This document shows, in pieces, positions 25,912 to 38,550 of a stretch of 64,000 nt of DNA. This DNA is from Phoronis australis. Its lineage: Eukaryota; Animalia; Phoronida. The DNA is taken from contig NMRA01000245.1 in assembly GCA_002633005.1 (NCBI GenBank), positions 496,001-560,000 of the forward strand, given 5' to 3'. The notes under the pieces are model-generated. The model had not been told where the DNA came from, searched no databases, and saw only the letters and a program-made list of their open reading frames with translations. The position numbers and the translations under genes are program-made. Position 1 is the stretch's first letter, and every line of letters begins with the position of its first letter.

Positions 25912-27173
25912 TATTTCAGAGGTGATATTTCTTAGTTTGTTGGTATCTTCATATAACAACTTACAGCTCATTAATCACACTCCAGTTATGTATCTAAAAG
26001 TACATGGTTCTTGTAGCATTGAAAGGATCGTCTCCCCTGATATTTGCCACTAAATTTTTCCACTCATTGCAAAGCATGTTTGTAACAACTCCCACAATCT
26101 ACATGCAGTACAAGGATAAATATTCAAAACACAGGGGAAAGGAAAAACAACCTCCCTGAATCTTGATGAACCTTCAACGTGTTTGTGCGACTACTGATAA
26201 ATGATTAAGCTATCTCGAGTGTTTTGGCGGTTCAACTGCGCTGACAATCCATCATAAGGCAAAGGGGAGTTAATTCGTTAGTTAGCCTAACCCATCATAT
26301 CATTATATGATTTTCAGCTTTGATACTTCATGGTAAAAACCCAGCATGTTTAGCAAAAATAATTGTGGAAACCAGTTTGATTTTCATTTTTAAAAGGCTT
26401 CTCGTGAATGCAAACAATTTCTCAGAACAAAGCCAGATTGCAGCTATGATGCTGACCTCTAAAATCATAAAGCACTGATACAACACAATTAAAGATGCTT
26501 GTGATACTAAGATTAATGATTGGGCTTTACAGTGAAATATTCCTAGGTGCAAAACTGATTGCTAGCAAATCAGGCTAGGCAAGAAAAACGCACTGAGTAT
26601 CCTTCTGCAAAATAAATTAGGGCAATATACTATTTTTCTAAAAAGTTTTGGGCGTGTGAAATCAGTTCAGTGTGCGAAATGAGAGAGGAATTACCGCATA
26701 TTATGTACCCCACCCCNCCCCCCCCCCCCGCTTGACACTCCTCTGGAGCTAAATTTGGAATAAAGAAGTCTAAACTGTGACATCATCCTCAGGTTATCAA
26801 TGATTTTATAACTTGAGTGAACATGTGTGGTATGTTATAACAAAGCAGCTTCCCTGTTATTAACATACACCAACTCATGAATTGGTGATGAGTTCTTAGT
26901 TTTATACAAACAATATCCCACCAAGCCCTCTCCGTCTCAAGCCTGTTTTTCACTCCCACCTGCAGCGATACATAAGAACAGCAAAACACAATGATAGTAC
27001 CTTAACACAAAAATTTTTTTCTCAGCTCCAGGGTTGAAGATGCGTATTTGCATGAAATTCTATAATATAACAATGCCATACAACAGAAGCTCAGAGAGCT
27101 GCAGGAGCACTAAAAGCCACAATTGGTGGTCAAACGTTGATTGATAGTGAACCACTGTTGATTATATGGTTGT

Positions 27174-27264
27174 GCTGGTTCTGGAGGGAATGACTTGCTT
27201 TTAAGTGGAACTTGTAAGCTGGTTCTGGAGGGAATGACTTGCTTTTAAGTGGAACTTGTAAGCT
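27174..27264. repeat. Perfect 44-bp tandem duplication
   Basis: GCTGGTTCTGGAGGGAATGACTTGCTTTTAAGTGGAACTTGTAA x2, followed by GCT. Confidence 0.95.
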
Positions 27265-30200
27265 AACTGCTTATCTCTATAATTGCTAGGTCAAATTGGT
27301 AAGAAACTTACTGTGATGCTGTGAATATGAAGCCGGTTGAAAATTGCCAAATGTTTTTACGAATGAGTTTTGTGTCGAAAATTATCCGCTGTAATCATTA
27401 CACCATGGCCCGTAAGTATGCGACATGGTGTTGGGGAATAACACTGCATGATGCAGGTTATGTGAGCCCCCAAGGTAATCATTGGTGCAACGGTCGCCTA
27501 TTTGCAGAACTTTTTACTTTCACATTCACAAGTTGTCAATGACAACAACTGCACTTTGTTTAGGTAGATAGGATTGTTGTTTAGTTCCTGCTATATATTA
27601 GCATAGTTAGGAGCATGCAAATGCATTTTTAAATGCAATACTATGTTTACAGTAATTAGGAACTTCAAACATCAGGGTGTGGCGTTAAAACAAAAAACAA
27701 AATTCTTGAGAAGTCGGGGAAGGACATTTACCCCAACGGTCAATTTGCTCACAATACCTTCGCCATTTTTGCACACAAAGGTGATAACATTAGAATGCTC
27801 ATGATCCAGTAAAAATGTTGTTTCATCACCAGAATAATGCAAAGTGTTGTTGAAATTGATTGTTCAATACCCCAAAGTGAGTAAATTGCACAGGTTTTGC
27901 AAGATAAAATTATTGCAAAATGGGTATTCATAAACCATCTAACACGTTATGGAAGCATTGATGGTGTAAATTGAGAGTGGGCATTATGAGATGACCAAGG
28001 GCTTTTAAAAGGAAAAATTGAAAATTACATTCTGGGCATTATTGCAAACATGAGAAACAACTTCATTTTTGTTTCTGTTCACAGGCAACAGCATAGTTAT
28101 ACATTCAATATATCTGGGCAAAAATGAATTAGAGGAACAGATAATGAACTACTGGCGTTTTCATGTACACTATGGATAAAACTATAGTGAATTTATTATA
28201 ACTTTCAACTTCATGCAATGGGAGTTTTTGAAAATGAAACAAACTCCTCTGCAGAACACCATAAATAGCATCCAAAGAGATTACATGGGTCAGGCCAACA
28301 AATTTTGGCCTTGGATGGAGTAAATAGTCATAAAGAGGCTTAAAGGCCTTTTTCACTGCCTCTCGGTGTTGCCGAAGCTTCAGTCAATGGGAACAATTAA
28401 CTAGGTCTCAAATCAAAGTTAACAGCGCAAGTTAACTCTGAAATAAAGATGTGGACTTAACAGTGAAGCCTCGATACTTCACTACAATGGGAACACTTAA
28501 CTTCGATGACATCAAATTGATCGGCAGGGGTCGTCTATGTTTGCCAAGGGCGGGTGGTGGCTGGTTACTATTTGTAAATATTTTGTTCTAATAATTATTA
28601 TTTTGCTGGTATAAGCATTCTGTTTCAATATCCATGTATTTGATAGATTTTTACATTTAAAAAATCAGTGAACGTGAAGTGTATGCAAAAGGAGTTCCCG
28701 CCATGCCAATTTTTACCATCTTTGTTTGGCTCAGCTGTCAACCTGCTCAAGAGCCAAACTTTTTTAATACGTCATTTTCTATTACAGTGCCATCGTCCCA
28801 ACCTTTGGCTGCCTTGTGAAGTTGACATTCTAGTGTCCATTTGGAGAGAGCGGGAGTTCCTTGCCGTTTTTGATAACTAGCACTATCAAAAACAGCAATG
28901 TGATATGACCAAAGGTTATATCAGCACCGCTTTGCAATAACTTCGCTGAACTGTAACTCCAAAGCTGATGGGAATGCCTAACTTCGTTGTTAACCACAGT
29001 TAACACCGAAGCTGTGACAGTAGCAAACTCAACTGAATGGGACGACACCTTTTGCTGATGGTTGTAAATCCTCGTAATAAAAACTGACGTGCAAGGTCTG
29101 CTCCGAGTCATATAATTGTTTTATTACCCCTTTGTGTTTTGAATAGCCCAGCCCCCAATGAAATGACTCTGCTTTCGCAGTATGGTTTACATGTCTATTG
29201 CTCCTTTTATAAATTTTGTATATTTTGCAGAAAAACTTACTACGTCACTACAGTTTTATGTTTCTATCAATTCAGTCCATGCCACAGACTGATGAGAAGA
29301 GATTCTTCTGAATAGAAAATTTTTCACTAGATTTCTTTCCACGATTTAGAGCTGAATAACCAGTTAATGGCTAAGTAGATACGCTAGAGGACCCAACAAC
29401 AATAAGCCTGGATGCACAACTGATTCGTTAACTACTTAGCAGTTCATAATGCTTTAAAATGATTTCAAACGGTATTAAGGGAACACTTGTTGATGAGATT
29501 TTCAAATCAGCCACAGACAGGTGATTCATTCGAACTATAAGACATTGTCCAGTACTTTAATTAATTCTTTGAGCTACCTGCATCAACTGTCAAGCAATAC
29601 CTGTACACATCTCAAACACTTGCCAATCAAACTGCTGCTGATAACAGGAGACAACTGGTAACACATAATTAGATCTGTCGAGACAGATACAAGAGCAAGA
29701 TGCACCTGGCCGGAAACTGAGCCAGGTGTAACTTGTTCGCCGAAACATCCACGTGACAAGAAAGTGGACCAGGGTGTAAATCGCTTTGCACTGTTCCACT
29801 CCAGTAGGTATATCATAATATTGGGCCCACAACTGCAAAACCAGGGTAGCCCACGGAATCAACAGTTAACCAACTGTTTTCTCAAGTTTGTTTTTGATTT
29901 ATTTTTTATTGTGAGTAAGCAATAAAAACAAATGAGATAAAGGAACTTGATGTGATATTTGTAAATAAAGCAAAAAGCCATGATTCATCCCTCATTTGCA
30001 TAAGCCAGCTGATAATTACCGTCTTGCTCAAGCTTCTTGTCCACACAGGCACTTGAAGTGGGTTAAGTTGACTGAGCGTAAGTTTCACTACAGAGGTAAG
30101 GAAAGTTGGTGTGCCCGTGTCAAGTTGCACTGGTTTAACTTGTGTCCACATCAGTCATGTTTACTATCCCTCTGGAGAAGGCTAAGATGACTGTCACTGA

Positions 30201-30790
30201 AATGTATTCTATCTTATCCTTCCAGCACCACTGCTGAGCTTCCGTTCCAACACATTGATAATGATACACTAATATACCTGAACAGAAAATCTCATTAACA
30301 CAACAGAAAATTAACAGAAAAAATATTAAGTATTGTTCACTATTTTTGAAATTATGCTGTACAAACTAAAAGGATTTTTCCTTGTAAAAAACATTTTCAC
30401 AACCTTAAGACACCAAATGATAACCAGAAATGATTATTTGCTTTAAAATAGCGGACACGTAAATCATTGAGAAACTACTTTGCTACGCATTAGAAAACAT
30501 TTGTTTAAGTCAACAGGAGTCTAAACATCCAAAAGAATCAATAATTCAAGGTAAATAGTCGTGCAATACATGTCACGATTTCTTTCAATGAAATATAAAA
30601 TTGTAATCTGATCGGTTGTTCTTAACTCTGCAGTTGCATAAATAGAGATACCATTCAACTAACTGCTATTCTATTGATTTTGTGGCCCAGATACAAAAAA
30701 ATGAAACAACAGCAAAAAATTGCTGAAGGGCATGTCCAATTTTCATTACAATGCCTTCAGTCCTGTCGGGTGGATGTTGTAAACCTTAGG

Positions 30791-30837
30791 TAAGACAGAA
30801 ATTTTGTAGTAATAAGACAGAAATTTTGTAGTAATAA
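30791..30837. repeat. Perfect 22-bp tandem duplication
   Basis: TAAGACAGAAATTTTGTAGTAA x2, followed by TAA. Confidence 0.95.
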
Positions 30838-31530
30838 CTTTTTAAAAGTACATGCAGAAGCTTCTATTTCCATAGTAATTAATTAACGAACATGATCTGA
30901 ACCAATTAGTTAAATTGCCGGAAGTAGTCCAGGTTATTCTGATACTTTCCCACCTGGTAACGGTGAAACCCTTCTCCACCACCATACTTAAGTTGAGTGC
31001 AACACGAGACAAGTTGGGGCTCTCCCCTCTTGGGGAAAACTTAGTACTTTTTGTCAAGGCTGGTTACGACAGCCTTTGACTGGTCTTTCAATGACACACC
31101 GAGTGGAGGTGTGTGTTTTTAATTCATGTATGTGCCCTCAATTTTTTTCTACTTTGGATTTCCATAGTGGCCACAATATATAGTAGTAGCTGGACATCAT
31201 TTGCACTCCAGGGCATCTTGACACACGTGACAACATGTCCCACTTTATCGAGGTAGGGTAAATTGTTTTGGGTAACTCGCCACAGTGCATTCCGTAGTGC
31301 AGCCGCAAGCCTGCAGATGCAGCGGAATTGATTGCCCGCTCGTCTATTTAATCCTTTTGTACCATATCTTTGGCACGGCATAGTGTGTGCAGTGGGGACG
31401 CTTGGCTGGACTAGGGCAATATACTCAAGACAAAGTTCTTCTGGAGTAACTAGCAGTGCGGACATGCATAAATTCAGGTTCTTCCCATTTCACCCTGGTC
31501 TGGCGGCCTGCTCAACTCGCAGCTATTTCG

Positions 31531-31601
31531 CAATTCCTTTGATTTATTTTTATGCAAACATATGTTACAATTCCTTTGATTTATTTTATGCAAACATATG
31601 T
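31531..31601. repeat. Near-perfect 36/37-bp tandem duplication
   Basis: CAATTCCTTTGATTTATTTT(T)ATGCAAACATATGT x2. Confidence 0.93.
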
Positions 31602-32199
31602 AGCGAGAAATATTTTGAACAGACTACAGTGTATTTACCAAACAGCATACAATGAACCAGTGAATGACGATTGAAAATATCACAGAATTTTCATTTTGAT
31701 TCGACTGCGGAGCTTGCATTCCAGTGAATGAAAAGTCATTACTTTGGGGTAAATAACAAATTTAAGGACATAGAGTTTATTAGCAAAAGCTGTTATTAGA
31801 TGATTACAACCATAATGTCTCAGAATGGAGTCATTAAGTCGCAGAAACTGCATCCTGCTATGTTGCTCGAGATGTAGCAGCGAAGTGGGAGAACTTAATA
31901 GTAAATAATCTCAGGGAATACCCTGGAGCGCAATTGGAAATGGTTTAATAGTCGCACCTTGTTATATTCTCCGTTCATGAATGCAGGTAGATCCTAATTG
32001 AAATCTGACTTAAGCTGCGTTCTCATGTATTTCAAAATACTGGAAATACTTCAAGCAAGAAATAATGGGATTAATTCCACAAACGATCACGTCTCCAAGG
32101 ATTCCTGGTTACTGTCTGAATAATTATTTTTGTTATTCCTATTGGCAGGAATCTAAACTAGACAGCGTGATGCCGCGCATGCGTCAACAGAAGTGGTAT

Positions 32200-32275
32200 T
32201 ACGGTACATTACAGATACAATGAGAAAGATAACTAAATACGGTACATTACAGATACAATGAGAAAGATAACTAAA
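32200..32275. repeat. Perfect 38-bp tandem duplication
   Basis: TACGGTACATTACAGATACAATGAGAAAGATAACTAAA x2. Confidence 0.95.
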
Positions 32276-33130
32276 CAAATCATGGTAATTCATGAATGAA
32301 ATCTTCTGCTATTTGTCCAGGATGGTTTGCTAGAGTTTAGAATACCATGGAAACCCTGTGCAAAAAAATCTTGATTAAAATTTGGCGGAAAATAACTGGA
32401 GTACTTTCACTGTATTTGACAGGGAAGACACGTACGAACACAGCTACGTTATGAGTGGAAACCCAGCCAACATAAAATGAAACATGTATCAGCCTGCAAG
32501 TGATCTTATTATACTGAAAAAATAACAAGAGACGGCGAGACATCAAAAGCATGTCTAAACATTGATTTTTAAAATCGAATATTAGACGTGTGGTTTTTTT
32601 CAATAAATGAATTGTTTTCCGCCATGTAACCATGTTGACTTACCATGTCTGTCCTAGTCAGGTGCTATAAAACATGACTTATTTAGAATAACCTTTTTGC
32701 ATAACATTTTTACCGTCAGCCAAGACAAAAGGCGTAAGAGATATTGCCGAGTTAAGGTCATAAAACAAGATGAATACTTTGAGTGGCGTCATTCTGCTTA
32801 GCCCTTATTACAGGTGTGGAAAATGATAGTTGGGAGATCAGATGAACAGGAAAGAACGCCATTTCAAATATCAGTAGTGAAACACAGACTGAAGAAGGTA
32901 GTCAAGGAACCCACATATAGCATGGCAGGAAAGCAAAATTTTATCCAACTTATCAAAATTTTCAACAAAAATAAATGAGATGATAAATTTACTTCAGTGT
33001 TACCAAGGAGTGTGCTGTCGACCTGTCAATCAGAAATGGCATATTTATTTAAAATTTGAACGTTTGCAGCGCAGAATAAGGTAAAATGTCAGGAAAAAAA
33101 TCACCAATGAAAGTTGCACTTTTTCATTTC

Positions 33131-33300
33131 TTTCAAGGGCTTCTAACATTGTTGCAAATGCTGGCAAAGTTTCAAAATCTTATCTGTCGGAAGCTATAGT
33201 ACAGAGCTCAAATATGACAAAGCATCATTCTTGTGTTGTATATCTAACATTTTTGAAAAAATGAGAAAATAAAATTTCACCAGTTCACCATGTTGTATGC
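33131..33300 (+). repeat. Dispersed repeat family, copy 1 (others at ~38371-38550 and ~49931-50092)
   Basis: TTTCAAGGGCTTCTA(A/G)CATTGTTGC is shared with 49931; downstream AAAGCAT..TGTG segment shared with the other copies. Confidence 0.6.
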
Positions 33301-33884
33301 TGAGATTTATCAAAGCACACACAAAATGGAAAATAAAAACAGTAATTATATTTTTGTGTGAAATTGAAGTAAAGTAAGAGATTTGGAGAAGGTATTGTGT
33401 CGTCAAATTCTATGGAAAATTGGAAGTCGTTTTGTTCATAATTTATTCATAATCCACTGCTATCACGATGTCGTCATGTATCCTTGACCTCGGATTTATA
33501 GGAGTCAGAACTGTGATGAGGAAATTTGTATGATATTTTGAGCTTTACTTCACATTATGGACATCATCACCTTAAGCAACAGACACGGGCAAAAAGTTAT
33601 GCCTCAGGATAGTTGAACTCTTGAAGACCATAATTATGTTGTAAATGTTTTTTCCTAAAATACAATGTCTGCGTCATTGAGTCTTAGCGTTTAATAATAA
33701 ATATTGTGAAAATAATAATATTGCAAAATGATGTAGCCATAAATTTGTACCAAAATAAAGGTTACAATTATTATTAACTGTGACGTGAATGACTAGTGTT
33801 AGACAGTGGCAACAAATGAACACTTGCAAGTGAGCAACAGCTAACTGACACAATGTCATAAACTGCTTTTGCATTAGAATTAAC

Positions 33885-34372
33885 ACCGACTAGTTCGTAG
33901 TTCGCAGTCGGAACATATTTTAGATCTGCGTGATAACCTACCGTACTAAATCATTACGTTTCTCACTTCATCGTACTAAACACGAGATGTCGCTACGCTG
34001 TACCGCAATACTGATCCGACAATTGCCATTTCTGTTCTTACATGCATTTTGAGACATGTTTGACTTTAAAATTCTACGATGAACAATAGACAGAACAAGC
34101 AACAACGACGAGAGTGCGCAAAATGGCTGGAAGAACTCCACATTCGAGTGAAGAGGAGCAAAACAGTTCAGACCAAACCTTTCGCACTACGCATAAAATT
34201 ATGTAATCAGACCAACTTTGGTACGCTCGCTAGTCCGCTCTTGTCGAACATACTAACTTTAGTGCCGTACCAAATTTAGACCGGCCTAAATCACCTTTCG
34301 AATTGGGACTAAAATTCTTGCGGTCGAGAAAGAATGTTAGTCTACGCACTAAATCCATAATGTGAAAGGCCC
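33885..34372. mobile_element. Truncated PIF/Harbinger-like MITE (right terminus intact)
   Basis: Ends ATGTGAAAGGCCC followed by TAA (reverse complement GGGCCTTTCACAT with a TWA-type site). The CpG-rich interior has repeated (G)ACTAAA/TTTAG motifs. No matching left TIR seen nearby. Confidence 0.45.
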
Positions 34373-37300
34373 TAAACAATCACAATCGAAGCAGGTATTA
34401 CAATTACACAAATTATTGTTTTGAACAAGAAAATGGTGTTCACCAACACTTAAGTTTAAAGCAGGCGGGTCTAATCCTTCAACACAATTCTTTAACTGGT
34501 GTGGAGATACATCATTTAACTCATAACATTTCTAGTAATGCATACAGAAATTCCAAAAGAACCCAGCTGAAAAAGTCAAGTAGTCGTGTCAAGATTAGAA
34601 GGTTAAAACGCAATCGCTGAAGGGGAGCACTGAAGGGGGTGAACTTAATTAACCTTATTGGGATGAACAACAATAAAATGTATTAAATAAAGGCAGTAAA
34701 ATGAAGAATCATCGAGGTACACAACAAACCAAGAAACCGGTGGTGGCTAATTCTCATGTCATGCTTAATTAGTAAAAAGCAGTTCATCAATTGTTACAGA
34801 CGTTTCTGCATAATCTAACAAGATCTCAACGCTACTTTCATACATGATTGACGATTTGACGTAGATAGTTCAAGAAATGATGAGAGCGCGCGTGACTGAA
34901 AGAGGTTTGTTTTGTTCGCTCTTACTCTGAGTGCCTTGTGCGTCATCCCGGTGCATTACAGACATGAGCACAGCCTCTGACCTTCCAAGAATGGAATGGA
35001 GATCGGGAGCCCTCATCATGATCGTAAAGTACACAGGAACTTGAACACTGATGCGCTAAAAACTTGCATACTAGGATCAAGATGATATAACTATTCTTGT
35101 TGTTCTTAGCATCGCCTATTTGCAAGAATTTCCCCGACATTTCAGACAAGAAGCCATCTTGTGAATTCAAATGCCATTCTATTTGGCGTCTACATAAAGT
35201 TATTAAAAGGGTTCTTAAGATGCTTTGTGGTTAGGGTGGTACATTTATAGGACAGCAAATGCAGCCCCACCCTAACCAAGAACATTCCCAAACCTCTGTT
35301 GATCTTCTTACCGTCTTCATCCTTATTTGCCGTGAATGTTTGAAAAAAAAATTTGCGAGCATGCACTGTTTTTTCCTCTCTAGCGGCGTGCTCAGATATA
35401 GAAAATTTAGGACCCTGCTCGTAGACTGACAGGTGTATTTTAATAGCAACGTCCGACACTGAACTCTTTGGTGTTATGGGAGCATGAAAAGCACATTTGT
35501 TTGCAGCAACTTGAAATTCTAGTGTACAAGATGGGCAGTAGACTTTTTGCGTGGAATCAGTTTAACAATGGCAGGTTTTAAGGTACATTATCAAAGGATT
35601 TACACAACATGTGAAATCACACTAGCTTAATTCTATAAGAATACCTGAAGTCAACTGTAGGTGACGATGAACATTGTCCAGAAAAACCTTATCGCCATCA
35701 AGTAACAAAGTATATTCATCATGTAGCCACCGTATCGGAAAATGAATATCATTAATGTTATAACAGTTTTATACAGGGGTTTGAGGCCCAAGATTAAACA
35801 CCAAGAAATTGTCATTTGAGAAGTCACAAACAAGATGGATAAACCTCATCCTCTGACCAATGCCACAGCTCACCAGCAATGCATTCGATAACAACACAAC
35901 CTGCTAGTTTCGTGGCATGTCACTTCATGAACAGACGACAACTTTGATCAGTTGACACGTGTCTGTGGCGGCCATGGCCAGAGTCACTACAACCCAGCTA
36001 TTTCCAAAAAGGTAATGGTGGCAGCATCCCCAGCGGACAAAGAAATATTTCAGTGGATTGCAGACAAACTTGACAATTTGAGCTGGTTGGGATTAATCGC
36101 TTACGCAGTGTAAATGCAGAGTCGTAGTGACTTGAGCTCATTGGGCAGTAGCGACTTAAACTAAGCCAATCCAGAGATACAGTGTAAATGGAGTATTATT
36201 TTGATCACTAGTCAAAAAGGAAACAAGTTTTTTAGGGACATAATTTGCTTAAAATAGTAAGCTTGAATTATGTTACTGGCCAGAAATATATCATTTAAGC
36301 TTGCGCATGGTTATCATGAGGCAAAGTAATTTGAACTTGGAATGTTGAAGAGAGGCGGGCATTAACAAGTTAAATCAAGATTTGTTGACAAGCCTGATTC
36401 GTCTTCTCATCAGCACCATAGTCTTACAGTTTCAAACAAACTGAACAATGATTAGCAAGGGAACATGGAAACCCTAGCTTGAAGACAAATATCAAATAAG
36501 GTTGATGTATGATTAAGCTTGACCAAGCTTGGTCAGACGTGTCTTAATTTAAAATGGAAAAAGGCAATTGCCAATGATCTGGAAGACTTCCTAGGCTCTG
36601 CATCACAGCTTTGTGGCCTGGTTTTAGTGGGTCCTGAGGTGCTAGAACCTGCATGGCACCTACAGTAAATACCAGCGAATTGATTGAACCTGCCGATCAT
36701 ACTGTGAGCTGATGATGCTACTGACAAGTTTCAATAGAACTGAAGCAGTGTTGATTTTCTGTGAATGACGACGCTAGAGTAAAACTTTCAAATCACAAAC
36801 TGTTCCCAGTAAAAAAACTGCATAGAGATTCTGTGAACTTTTTAACAATCTCTGAGAGCTTACTGAGTTATCGTCACACAAATAAAACCAATTCGATAGA
36901 TCTGTTGGGCATTAATTCAGCATGCCGTAAATCCAAAATATCGGGTTTTTAGCATAAAAATGATCAATCAGGTTTGCTACTAATCCGGCCATAATGTAAC
37001 ACAAACATTTTAACCCTTGCTTCATTTATTTGGATTGGTATTAGTGGCAGATGAAAAATGGTCACTAGTTATGCACCAGATGAAGGGGTGGTGAAGTGCA
37101 AACCAAATGATTATGAAGCTGCCCGTTGCTGAAATATTTGTAAGTTCCTGTAAAGACAGTAGGAACCATGTAGATTGGAATACCAGAGCATATTAACATA
37201 CAAGAAGAAGATTTCTGCTGTTATTCTTAGGTTACCGAATTAAGTCATCCACTTTTTGCCTGTCAAGTGAAACTTGTATGTAGCCTTCAACACAAACAAC

Positions 37301-38370
37301 AGAGCCCTTTGTCAAAAATTATACACACAGTATTTCAAATGGAATTTACCAACAAAGGAAAAGTTAACATTGTTTGCCATGGTGTGATTAATTACCCATC
37401 AGAATCACTTCTGATTGAAAATTCTCAATCATTCTAAGATGCTGCCATCTTAAGGTGAGTTGCAACAACTCACATAAGGCCAAAAAGCATAAATGATTCT
37501 GCTCTGTTTTTGTTTTGAAATTCGAGTGGTTGGCACGGCATTTTTAAGTTGCTCACTTTTTCACAAAGGAACTCCCCAGACTAGTAAAAATGATATGGGA
37601 CTTATTTCTGTTACTCCTTGCTTGACAAATCATGGTGTTTCAAACTTTGCTAAGTCTTAATCTCCAGCTTTAAAAAGAAAAAACCTAGGCTGAAATTGAT
37701 ATGCGTAACCTTTTTTCATTTTCTTTCAGTTGGCGAGCCCAGGTCTCCAAATGCGTCAGGGTAAAGGCCAGAACCAAATTTGTCTTTTGGCCTAACAGGC
37801 TTTGCCAAAGAGTTTTATTACTTCTGAAATGACTTAAAAACAAGGATGGAAACCTACCTATCAATGTCTGTGCAGCTAAAATGTCAACAACATCGTTTGT
37901 CAAATGTGCTGTCATGTTTATGGTTTCATGACTGAATTGAACTAAAGTACACATTTCTTGAAGAAATGTTCTTCATGTTATGTATTTTGGTCAGCAGAAT
38001 GGTGCTACACATGGTTCAACATCACACCTCATCATAGTCAGGTTCTAGAAAAATGATGGATCCCAATCTGAATTGAAATTACTCCATAACCCTCTGGCTA
38101 TTCTATTGATCATGTGCCATAATGTGAGTAAAACAAATTGTAAATAACCATGCAACCATAGAGTACAGAGTAGAATAGTACACTGTGCTTCTCCAATAAT
38201 TGACAAAAATGCCAAAATTGTCATCCAAGCCAGAATCAAAAACTCATCCTACATTGTTACAAATGCTTACAAGTTTTTTTAACGATTATCTTTGTTCGGA
38301 AACGACGAGTAAAATCTAACCGATTTCCGGCTAAAATAATTGCCAAAATTGTCCATTTCTCAATTTACGA

Positions 38371-38550
38371 GGTCCTCTTGCATTGTTGTGAATGCCCATA
38401 AGTTTCTAAAATTTTGAGGGATATTAGATACCACACAAAACTTGAACATTGTAAAGCATTGGTGTTGTGCTATAATTATCTTACATGAAAAAATAAGATA
38501 AGAAAATTTCAGTTGTAGGCCATACTGTGTCCTAAATTGGTGAGATTTTT
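38371..38550 (+). repeat. Dispersed repeat family, copy 2
   Basis: GCATTGTTG...AAACTTGAACAT...AAGCAT...GGCCATA(CT/TC)GTGTCCTAAATTGG(T/A)GAGATTTT shared with 49931-50092. Confidence 0.6.

Noticed and set aside
36408-36428. TCAGCACC as a REST/RE1 site
   Set aside because: Only the left half-site is present; there is no GGACAG right half.
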